Shown one piece after another: positions 47,716 through 56,238 of a stretch of 64,000 nt of DNA (positions are counted from its first letter, which is position 1; every line of letters starts with the position of its first letter). Source of the stretch: Candidatus Sumerlaeia bacterium (GTDB taxonomy: Bacteria > Sumerlaeota > Sumerlaeia > SLMS01 > JANRJK01); contig JANRJK010000013.1 of assembly GCA_033764015.1 (NCBI GenBank), positions 352,001 through 416,000 of the forward strand, given 5' to 3'. The notes under the pieces are model-generated. The model was not told the DNA's origin. It worked only from the letters and a program-made list of their open reading frames with translations, and did no database searches. The position numbers and the translations under genes are program-made.

Positions 47716-49884
47716 ATGCTTCGTAACTCTTTGGTTCTGGCCGCAGCCGTCGCCGCCGCTTCCGCGGTCTTCGCCGGCACGCCCGTTTTGGACGGCACCA
47801 CGAACGACGCCGTCTACGGCCCGCAGCTTTACGTGCAGACCACCAACACCCAGTTCGGCAACTCAACGACAGGCAACCCGGGAGCTTCCGGGGGCGGATC
47901 CGAGATCAACAACGTGCGCATCACGGACGATGCTAACCACATCTACGTGGCGCTCGCGGGCAACCTCGAGACCAACTTCAACCGCATCGTGTTCTTCGTC
48001 GATGCCGACGCCAGCGCATCGACCGGTTCGAACGTGCTGTCGGGCGGAACCTTCAACAACTACACCTTCCCCGCCGGATTCGGCTGCGACGCCGTCTTCC
48101 GTTTCACCAACGGCAACTCTCCGACCGAGAGCTACCTGAACGTTGAGCGTTACAACGGTCTCTACTCCGACAGCTACATCGGCGGGTTCACCGCGCCTTC
48201 TGCCACCGCTGCATACTCCGGAAACCTCTCCGGCGGCGGAGCCGGCTGGTACGGACCGGGCATCGCGGTGCCTTTCGCGTTCGACCACAGCAACACCGCG
48301 GGTGTCGCCGGGTTCGGCACGGGCACGGAAGCCGCGGATCCCGTAGCGGCGGCCGCCGTCAACACGGGCCTCGAAATCGGCATTCCCAAGGTCGTCCTCG
48401 CAGGTGCGCTTCAGGATCAGCTCCTCACGGGGGACACGGTCCGCATTATCGCGGTGGTCACCGGCGGCGACTTCGCCTCGAATCAAGTCATGCCCCCGCT
48501 CGTCACCCCCAAGGGCAACATTGGTGGCGGCGCGAACTTCAGCACCCCGGCGAACGCCCTCGATGACAACTTCATCGCCTACACCCTCACCGCGGATGGA
48601 CCGCCGCCGAACATTCAGATCGGAGTGTCGTCCGCTGACGTGTTCTATGCGAACAACTTCGTCCGCGTCGCCTTCAATACGGCGTTCGACAACGCCGCGA
48701 CCGGCGACGGCGCCCTGAACCCCGCCAACTACACGTTCAACGACGGCCTCACCGTCACGTCGGTCGCCCAGGGCACCGGCGCGCGCGTCAACGAGGTGTT
48801 CCTCACCCTGAGCGGCGACATCCTCGCCACCACCGAGCTCACGCTGGGCGTGATCGGCGACGCGAACGGCGTGTTCTCGACGCCGGGTGCGCAGGTCTTC
48901 GAAATGGGCGCGCCCTACTCGATCATCACGGCCACGGTCAACTCCACCGCGGACACGCAGGAGTACCTGCCGAACCCGGCGATCCGCGGCGACTGGGACG
49001 GCTTCTCGAACCGATGGCCCCTCACGGACGGCGAGGACGCCTATCCCGACGTTCCCGGCGCCCAGATCGAAGCCGGCGACACGCTTGGCGACAAGATCTA
49101 CGCGGGCCGCATCTTCACCCGCAGCACGATCGTGAACGCCAACTTCGTCGTGGCCTCGTTCTACGAGTTCAACGCGGGCGTGCTCGCCCCCGGCAAGACC
49201 AACCCGCGCGACTTCAACGCGGGCCATTGGGGACCGAACTGGGATCGCATCTGGAGCGGCGGCAACATCGCGGCCGTCGACATCGTCGACAACCGCCTGA
49301 CCGCCAACCCGGTCAATGTGACCATCAACGTCGCGGTTCCGATCGCCGACCTCCGCCCGGGCGCCAGCCCGACCGCCGACCTCGAGGTCTTCGCTTCCGC
49401 GGGTCCGACCTTCGGCTCCGAGAACGCTCTCCCGACCCTCCCGAACACCACGATCCCGGGTGAGACGGACGTCACCGGCGGCCTCCGCCTTACGTACGTC
49501 AACAGCGACGCGACGTTCCACAACTACCGCGGAACCGTGACGTACCCCGACCGCATTCCCGACGTCGGCGGCTACCGCCTCGGCTACCGGGACAACAACG
49601 GCACGCCCGCCGTCACCACCGACGACGTGATCTACCGTGAAGAGGAAGGCACGCTCATCCAGAGCGACCTCGCTCCCGCCACGCTCGCCTCGCTCGGCTG
49701 GACCGACTCGGTCACCTACAAGAACAACACGGTGCACCCGCACATCGCCCGCATCCAGAGCATCGACGGCTCCCGCAGCATCGGCCGCACGCTGAACCTG
49801 ACGCTCGACCGCGCCAGCTACGACGTTCCGCCCGCCACGGCCGGTCCGGTCGCAGAGGCCCAGAGCTGGACGATGTACGAGTAA
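47716..49884 (+). CDS. Large secreted beta-rich protein (722 aa), possibly carbohydrate-binding; ends in SWTMYE
   Basis: GAGGAG RBS; signal peptide MLRNSLVLAAAVAAASAVFA; Thr/Gly/Asn-rich; N-domain PVLDG...IYVALAGN...TGLEIGIP is DOMON-like by eye; ALNPANY Ig-like motif. Confidence 0.8.
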   Translation: MLRNSLVLAAAVAAASAVFAGTPVLDGTTNDAVYGPQLYVQTTNTQFGNSTTGNPGASGGGSEINNVRITDDANHIYVALAGNLETNFNRIVFFVDADASASTGSNVLSGGTFNNYTFPAGFGCDAVFRFTNGNSPTESYLNVERYNGLYSDSYIGGFTAPSATAAYSGNLSGGGAGWYGPGIAVPFAFDHSNTAGVAGFGTGTEAADPVAAAAVNTGLEIGIPKVVLAGALQDQLLTGDTVRIIAVVTGGDFASNQVMPPLVTPKGNIGGGANFSTPANALDDNFIAYTLTADGPPPNIQIGVSSADVFYANNFVRVAFNTAFDNAATGDGALNPANYTFNDGLTVTSVAQGTGARVNEVFLTLSGDILATTELTLGVIGDANGVFSTPGAQVFEMGAPYSIITATVNSTADTQEYLPNPAIRGDWDGFSNRWPLTDGEDAYPDVPGAQIEAGDTLGDKIYAGRIFTRSTIVNANFVVASFYEFNAGVLAPGKTNPRDFNAGHWGPNWDRIWSGGNIAAVDIVDNRLTANPVNVTINVAVPIADLRPGASPTADLEVFASAGPTFGSENALPTLPNTTIPGETDVTGGLRLTYVNSDATFHNYRGTVTYPDRIPDVGGYRLGYRDNNGTPAVTTDDVIYREEEGTLIQSDLAPATLASLGWTDSVTYKNNTVHPHIARIQSIDGSRSIGRTLNLTLDRASYDVPPATAGPVAEAQSWTMYE

Positions 49885-49941
49885 TCCGCGAAGGCCGGGG
49901 TTCGAATCCCCCAGCCTAGGACGGTAACCAAGCAGAGCCAA

Positions 49942-49986
49942 GACGCCGCCCCGGGAACGAACCACTCTCGGGGCGGCGTCCGCTTT
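49942..49986 (+). terminator. Strong intergenic hairpin (terminator/attenuator or mRNA stabiliser)
   Basis: 15-bp stem GACGCCGCCCCGGGA/TCTCGGGGCGGCGTC (one G:U) followed by cgcttt. Confidence 0.65.
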
Positions 49987-50027
49987 GAACGCAGCCCGCA
50001 TCACCAGCCCCCAGCACGGACCCCCGC

Positions 50028-52562
50028 ATGAACCGCCGCCGCGCCGCCGCATCGCTCCTCGCCGCCGCCTCACTCGCAGCCACCGCCGCCGCGGGACCGG
50101 TCCCCGGAGTCGAGACGTTCACCAAGTCCCCCGTTCCCTTCGAGCATCCCGCACACCTCGAGGTCTGGGCCATCGGCGAGGACGACTATCTGGTGACCTT
50201 CGTCTGGAAGCCGGGCCGGGCGGTCGCCTCGCCGGCGGTCGCCGGGGACTTCAACAAGTGGGACCGCCAGGACCTGCCGATGGAGGGGCCCGACGCGGAG
50301 GGCGCCTACCGGGTGACCGCCCGCCTGTCCGGCGGCGACTGGCGGTACAAGTTCGTCTGCTGCGGCACCGAGTGGATCACCGATCCGCTGAACGCGCCGT
50401 CGGGGGAGGACGGCGGGGAGGGCGGCAACTCGGTGCTGCGCCTCGGCCTCGCGGCGCTCCTGTCCGGGCGCACCGCAGCGCGGGGCGATGGCGAGGTGTT
50501 CGCCGGGGCCCTGGAGCACCGTAACGGCGCCCCCATGTACTTCGATGTCTTCACCCCACGCGACGTGCTGATCCGCGCCCGCGCGATGAAGGGCGACGCC
50601 GGCTCCGCGCGTCTTGAGGTGTCGCTCCCGGGCGGAGGCTCGCGGACGCTGCCGATGCCGCTCGCGGCGACCGACTCGCTGTTCGATTTCTACGAGGCGC
50701 ACTACCACGCGCCGGAGGGCGGGGTGCCCGAAGGCGCCACGTACTCGATTGTCCTCGAGGACGGCGAGGCGGAGGTCCCGGTCCCCGGCGGCCCCTTCCC
50801 GCTGCGCATCGACGCCGCGCGCATCCCGGATGTGCCCGAGTGGGCCAAGCACGCGATCTGGTACCAGATCTTCATCGAGCGCTTCCGCGACGGCGACGCC
50901 GCGAACAACGTCGAGAAGCGCACCGCCGACCCGGTCCGCGACTTCCCGCCGCGGACGCATCCGTGGCGGTCGGACTGGTACGCGGAGCAGCCCTACGAGC
51001 GCGAGGGCGGCCAGACGTTCTGGCGCTGGGGCATGTACAACCGCATGTACGGCGGCGACTTCGCCGGCGTTAAGGAGAAGCTTGACTATCTCAAGGATCT
51101 CGGCGTGAACGCCGTGTACTTCAACCCGGTCTTCGAGGCGCAGGGCCCTCACAAGTACAACGCGCGGAACTTCGTCCACGCGGACGACGGCTTCGGCACG
51201 CTCGGCGGCTACTGGGAAGCGGTGGCCAAGGAGGACCTGCTCGATTCGTCCACCTGGACCTGGACCGAGTCGGACAAGGCGCTCCTCGACCTGGTCTCCG
51301 AGATGAAGAAGCGCGGCATCCGCGTGATTTTCGACGGCGTCTGGAACCACGTCGGCACGGACCACCCCGCCTTCCAGGACGTGAAGAAGAACGGCAGGGC
51401 CTCACGCTTCGCCGATTGGTTCGAGGTCACGAGCTGGGAGCCGTTCGAGTACAAGGGCTGGGCGGGCTACGACGCGCTGCCCGAGTTCAAGAAGACCGCG
51501 ACCGGGCTCCAGAGCGAGTCGCTCCGCCGGCACATCTGGGACGTGACGCGACGCTGGATGGACCCGGACGGCGACGGAGACCCTTCGGACGGCATCGACG
51601 GCTGGCGCCTCGACGTGCCGAACGAGCTGCCGCTGCAGTTCTGGGCCGACTGGCGGAAGCATGTGAAATCGATCAACCCGGACGCCTACATCACGGGCGA
51701 GATCTGGGACCCGGCGGAGCCATGGCTGGACGGCACGAAGTTCGACGCGGTGATGAACTACCAGTTCGCGAAGGCCGCCTTCCGCTTCTTCGGCAACGTG
51801 GAGCGCCGCACCACGGTCTCGCAGTTCGACGCGGAGCTGTCGCGGCTGCGCATGCGCTATCCGCGCGCCATCAATTCGGTGATGCAGAACCTCTTCGACA
51901 GCCACGACACGGACCGCTGGGCATCGCGGCTGATGAACCCGGACATGGACTACGACACGGGCGCGCAGGTGCGCGACGGGCGGAAGACGTACTTCGACGG
52001 GAAACCCACCGCGGACGCCTACCGCCGCCTGCGCCTGATGGCGCTCTTCCAGGCCACCTACCTCGGCGCGCCGATGATCTTCTACGGCACCGAGGCCGGC
52101 ATGTACGGCGCCGACGACCCGATGTGCCGCAAGCCCATGTGGTGGGACGACTTGGCGCCGTACGACAATCCCAGCTACGCGCCGGACGCGAAGCTCCGCG
52201 GCTACTTCCGCGACCTCTTCCGGATGCGCGGCCGCTACGCCGCGCTCCGCACGGGCGACTTCACCCCGCTCCTCGTGGACGACCGCACGGGTGCCTACGT
52301 GTTCTTCCGCGAGGCCTCCGACGACGGCGACGGGATCATCGTGGCGCTCAATTCGAGCGGGGCCTCCTTGGTCACGACGACGGTGCCTCTGCCGCCGAAC
52401 GCGGTGTCGTGGGACGTCGGCCTCGGCGTGCCGCCCGCGATCATCTTCAACAGCGGCGACGCCACACGCACCACGGCGGCCTTCAGCCCCGAGTCGCGCT
52501 CGATCCAGTTCCAGCTTGAACCGCTCTCGGGAGTGGTCGTGCGCGTGCGCGTGCGGCCGTGA
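50028..52562 (+). CDS. Secreted GH13 glycosidase (neopullulanase/cyclomaltodextrinase-like) with N-terminal CBM48-like domain
   Basis: Signal peptide; AGDFNKW...YKF...DPLN; WYQIFIERF.DGD; DGVWNH; GWRLDVP, GEIW, SHD catalytic triad. Confidence 0.92.
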   Translation: MNRRRAAASLLAAASLAATAAAGPVPGVETFTKSPVPFEHPAHLEVWAIGEDDYLVTFVWKPGRAVASPAVAGDFNKWDRQDLPMEGPDAEGAYRVTARLSGGDWRYKFVCCGTEWITDPLNAPSGEDGGEGGNSVLRLGLAALLSGRTAARGDGEVFAGALEHRNGAPMYFDVFTPRDVLIRARAMKGDAGSARLEVSLPGGGSRTLPMPLAATDSLFDFYEAHYHAPEGGVPEGATYSIVLEDGEAEVPVPGGPFPLRIDAARIPDVPEWAKHAIWYQIFIERFRDGDAANNVEKRTADPVRDFPPRTHPWRSDWYAEQPYEREGGQTFWRWGMYNRMYGGDFAGVKEKLDYLKDLGVNAVYFNPVFEAQGPHKYNARNFVHADDGFGTLGGYWEAVAKEDLLDSSTWTWTESDKALLDLVSEMKKRGIRVIFDGVWNHVGTDHPAFQDVKKNGRASRFADWFEVTSWEPFEYKGWAGYDALPEFKKTATGLQSESLRRHIWDVTRRWMDPDGDGDPSDGIDGWRLDVPNELPLQFWADWRKHVKSINPDAYITGEIWDPAEPWLDGTKFDAVMNYQFAKAAFRFFGNVERRTTVSQFDAELSRLRMRYPRAINSVMQNLFDSHDTDRWASRLMNPDMDYDTGAQVRDGRKTYFDGKPTADAYRRLRLMALFQATYLGAPMIFYGTEAGMYGADDPMCRKPMWWDDLAPYDNPSYAPDAKLRGYFRDLFRMRGRYAALRTGDFTPLLVDDRTGAYVFFREASDDGDGIIVALNSSGASLVTTTVPLPPNAVSWDVGLGVPPAIIFNSGDATRTTAAFSPESRSIQFQLEPLSGVVVRVRVRP

Positions 52563-52642
52563 CGAAAACAGGTGACCCGCGGGGCGCGCGCCCCGATAAA
52601 CCGCCTCATCGGCATTCGACGAAACACAGGGGAAAACGACCA

Positions 52643-55201
52643 ATGGCCACGAAGCAACGAACGCTGCGCAGCGCCGCCGCCGCCGCGCTCGCCGCCCTGT
52701 TCCTACACCCGCAGGAAAGCTCCGCCCGCGTGATCCTCCAGATGTTCGAGGCCCGCCACGCGACGATCGAGCGCCTCATGCCGGACATTTTCACCGCGGG
52801 CTACGGCGCCATGTGGCTGCCCCCGACGGCCCGCGCCGACTCCAGCAATTTCAGCGTCGGCTTCGACGTGTTCGACCGCTTCGACCTCGGCCGCGAGGGC
52901 AACCCGACGCTCTACGGCACCGAAGCGAATTTCGACTTCATGATGGAGCAGGCCCGGCGCGCCGCAGTGCTTGTGTACTACGACACCGTCTACAACCACA
53001 ACGGCTTCAGCGACGGCTACCGCGCCGATGTCCAGGGACAGACCGGCTGCCAGCTCAACTGGGCCATCGGCGAGGGCGGCTACCCGGGCTTCGTCATGTC
53101 GGGACGCGACCTCTCGCTCCCGTTCGACCTCGAGTTCCGCAACATCTGCCCCTCCGCCCAGTTCCCGTCGCCGTCCTGCGACACGGACCCGCAGAACTGC
53201 CGCATCTCGAACCTGATCGACATCAACCACGACACGAACTACCGCTGGATCCGCCACCCGGCGGAGGGCGGTAGCATCGCCAACATCCCGTACCAGCAGC
53301 CGAAGGCGGAGAACCGCCGGTTCTACCCAGACCAGGATCTGGCCTCGCCGTACGCGGATGGCGTGAAGCCGTTCAACCGCGCCAACCCCCTTGCGGGCGA
53401 TCCGGTCGAAGAAAACGTCAACCAGATGCTCCAGCGCGGCACGCAATGGATGCTCGAGGTGAAGGGCGCCAGCGGCTTCCGCCTCGATGCGGTCAAGCAC
53501 ACGCCGGCGGGCTGGTTCAACAACATCTACGACCCCGCCGCGCAGTTCCGCGGGCGCGACTTCTGGGGGCGCCAGATCACGCCCTTCTCCTTCGGCGAGT
53601 TCGTCGAGGGGAACTGGAACGTCCTCGCCGCTTACCACAGGAAGGGCTTCATCGACGGATACTGGCGCAACCGCACGGTGCTGGACTTCCCGCTCTTCTT
53701 CTCGCTCAAGAGCGATCTCGGCGGCAACTTCCAGAACATCCTCGGGGCGTCCTTCGACGGCCACGACGGCGACGGCCAGGACGGCAGCGCGGGCGTGATG
53801 TTCGTCTCGAGCCACGACACCGGCTTCACCGGCGACCCGCCGCTGCTGAACAACATCGCCTACGCCTACATCCTGAGCCGCAAAGGCTTCCCGATCGTCT
53901 ACTTCAACGCGCAGGAGTTCGGCGACGGGCGGCCTTTCCCGAACCAGAACAGCCGCGGCGACGCGCTCGGCCAATTCGGCAGCACCATGACGACGCTCGT
54001 CGGGATCAACTCGCTGCTTGTGAACAACATCAGCGGCAACGGCTGGCGCAGCTTGTGGCAGGACAACGACGTGATCGCCTACGAGATGAACAACACGCTC
54101 GTGGTCGGCCTCAGCGACTGGGACGGCCAAGGGCCGACGGGCCAGGGCTACATCGAACGGAGCGTCTCGAACTTCGGCTTCCGCGGCGTCACGCTCCGCG
54201 AAGTCACCGGCAACGCGAGCAACCCGCTCGTCGATCCGGTGGACGCGATCCCCGACACCCTCACCATTCCGCCCACCGGCAGCGTCAACCTGCGGATCCC
54301 GACGACGGTGAACCGTGATGGCGCGCGCCACAACCTCGCCTATGTGATGTACACGATCGAGCCGCCGAAGGGCGCGCTCACGGTGTCGCCGATCGCAGGC
54401 ACGATCGCACCGGACCCGGACACGGTGGAGCCTGTCTTCATCCGCCGCCGGACCCCGATCGACATCGTCACGGCGGACACGCTGACGATCGATTTCCAGG
54501 TCGATCCCGCCGGCACCGACGAGGACAACGCGATCATCCGGTGGAACTACGGGCTCAACGTGGACGGCGACGGCAGCGGCGACTTCGGTATCGCGGCGGG
54601 CGTCAACGATCCCCTGGTGGCTGGCTTCGAGAACTTCACCACGGGACGCAACCCGAGCGCCGGCGATCCGACCGGGCCGCAGGGCGCCCAGTTGCCGGAA
54701 GGCGGCTACCGGCTCGCGGTGGACCTGGCGGACGCGGGAGTCCCGGAGGGCTACAACTACCTCTCGGTGCTCTCCTTCGTGCCGCGGCTGCAGGGCCTCC
54801 CGCCCATCTCGTCGCAGACGCGCAAGGTGGTCTACGTCGACCGGACGCCGCCCGATGCGGCGCTGGTCTTCCCGGCCACCCAGTCCGGCGCGGGCGACAT
54901 CACCACGTCGACCTACGGCTTCGTGGTGGACAATCCCGACGGCACCGGCAACTCGGCGCACTATTTCTGGAACCTCCCGCAGGGCGTCGATCCGGTAGCG
55001 ACCGGCATGCTGAACGACAGCAACCGCGCCTCGCGGACGGACCGGAACCGGTTCCGGTTCACCATCGAGAACCTGCCCGGCGGCACCGACCAGGAGTTGG
55101 CGGTGGTGGTCTTCGAGGAGACCGGGAACTACTCGGTGAACCGCTTCACACTGGGCGTTGACCTCCCGGTGCAACCAGCGACTGGATGGACAGTGCGCTA
55201 A
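52643..55201 (+). CDS. Secreted GH13 alpha-amylase-family protein with C-terminal beta-domains; ends in GWTVR
   Basis: Signal peptide; ILQMFE, WLPP, VGFDVFDRFDLG, YNH, GFRLDAVKH, GEF, SHD. Confidence 0.9.
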   Translation: MATKQRTLRSAAAAALAALFLHPQESSARVILQMFEARHATIERLMPDIFTAGYGAMWLPPTARADSSNFSVGFDVFDRFDLGREGNPTLYGTEANFDFMMEQARRAAVLVYYDTVYNHNGFSDGYRADVQGQTGCQLNWAIGEGGYPGFVMSGRDLSLPFDLEFRNICPSAQFPSPSCDTDPQNCRISNLIDINHDTNYRWIRHPAEGGSIANIPYQQPKAENRRFYPDQDLASPYADGVKPFNRANPLAGDPVEENVNQMLQRGTQWMLEVKGASGFRLDAVKHTPAGWFNNIYDPAAQFRGRDFWGRQITPFSFGEFVEGNWNVLAAYHRKGFIDGYWRNRTVLDFPLFFSLKSDLGGNFQNILGASFDGHDGDGQDGSAGVMFVSSHDTGFTGDPPLLNNIAYAYILSRKGFPIVYFNAQEFGDGRPFPNQNSRGDALGQFGSTMTTLVGINSLLVNNISGNGWRSLWQDNDVIAYEMNNTLVVGLSDWDGQGPTGQGYIERSVSNFGFRGVTLREVTGNASNPLVDPVDAIPDTLTIPPTGSVNLRIPTTVNRDGARHNLAYVMYTIEPPKGALTVSPIAGTIAPDPDTVEPVFIRRRTPIDIVTADTLTIDFQVDPAGTDEDNAIIRWNYGLNVDGDGSGDFGIAAGVNDPLVAGFENFTTGRNPSAGDPTGPQGAQLPEGGYRLAVDLADAGVPEGYNYLSVLSFVPRLQGLPPISSQTRKVVYVDRTPPDAALVFPATQSGAGDITTSTYGFVVDNPDGTGNSAHYFWNLPQGVDPVATGMLNDSNRASRTDRNRFRFTIENLPGGTDQELAVVVFEETGNYSVNRFTLGVDLPVQPATGWTVR

Positions 55202-55281
55202 CCACAAACTTGCTCCGGGGCGGGGCGCGGCACACCGCCGCCCCCCCCGGCGACCGACCGAACCCGACCGAGACACTACGC

Positions 55282-56223
55282 ATGGCCCACCGCGCAACGC
55301 ACCGGATCACTTGGAAGCATGACCTCCAAGCTCTGCCATTCATCCTCCCATTTCTCGCCGTATTCCTCCTCTTCATCGGCTATCCGATTTTCAACAGCCT
55401 GATGCTGAGCGTCCACCAGACGACGATCTACTCGGACTTCTACGACGTGTTCGGCTCGATGCGCTTCGTCGGAGCCGACAATTACACCATGATCCTGCGC
55501 GACCCGCAGTTCTGGTGGTCGCTGGTGCTGACGTGCGCGTACGCGGCGCTGACGATCCTGCCGGGCATGGCGCTTTCGCTGGCGCTCGCGATCTTCCTGA
55601 ACCGGAAGGTGCGGGGCTTCGGCGCCCTCCGCAGTGGCTTCTTCCTGCCGAATGTGTTCGACATCTACGTCGTGGGCGTGATCTGGCTGCTGATCTACAA
55701 CCCGAACGGCGGCCTGTTCATCGTCCTGATGGACTGGCTGGGCCTCGACGGGTTGTTCCAGCGCGGCATCCTGAGCAACCCGTGGCTGACGCTGCCCGCG
55801 ATCGCCTTCGCGATGATCCTCAAGGGCGCCGGCTTCGGCATGATCCTCTTCATGACGAGCCTGAACAACATCAACTCGTCGATCTTCGAGGCGGCGGACG
55901 TGGACGGCGCGAGCTACTGGCAGAAGCTGTGGTACATCACGCTGCCGCTGCTCCGCCCAATCATCCTCTTCCTGTCGATCACCGGCCTGGTGGGCGCGCT
56001 CAGCTCCTTCGCCGAGATCTACGCGATGACCGACAACACCGGCGGGCCCAGCCTCGAGATCGGCGGCGTCACGCTCCAGTCCGCCCGCGTCTCCGGGTAC
56101 CACCTGTACCGCTACTTCCAGGATTCGATGTACGGCGAAGCCGCCGCGATGAGCTTCCTCCTGCTGGTCGTGGCGACGATCATCAGCGTTGTGAACATGA
56201 AGATCCTTTCGCCCAAGGACTGA
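55282..56223 (+). CDS. Carbohydrate ABC transporter permease (MalF-type)
   Basis: FVGADNY, EAADVDGAS motif, ITLPLLRP. Confidence 0.93.
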   Translation: MAHRATHRITWKHDLQALPFILPFLAVFLLFIGYPIFNSLMLSVHQTTIYSDFYDVFGSMRFVGADNYTMILRDPQFWWSLVLTCAYAALTILPGMALSLALAIFLNRKVRGFGALRSGFFLPNVFDIYVVGVIWLLIYNPNGGLFIVLMDWLGLDGLFQRGILSNPWLTLPAIAFAMILKGAGFGMILFMTSLNNINSSIFEAADVDGASYWQKLWYITLPLLRPIILFLSITGLVGALSSFAEIYAMTDNTGGPSLEIGGVTLQSARVSGYHLYRYFQDSMYGEAAAMSFLLLVVATIISVVNMKILSPKD

Positions 56224-56238
56224 GGCACCGGAACCGCC

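Noticed and set aside
49880..49925. Possible third tRNA gene
   Set aside because: Only a T-arm-like hairpin; no D-arm, acceptor stem or CCA.
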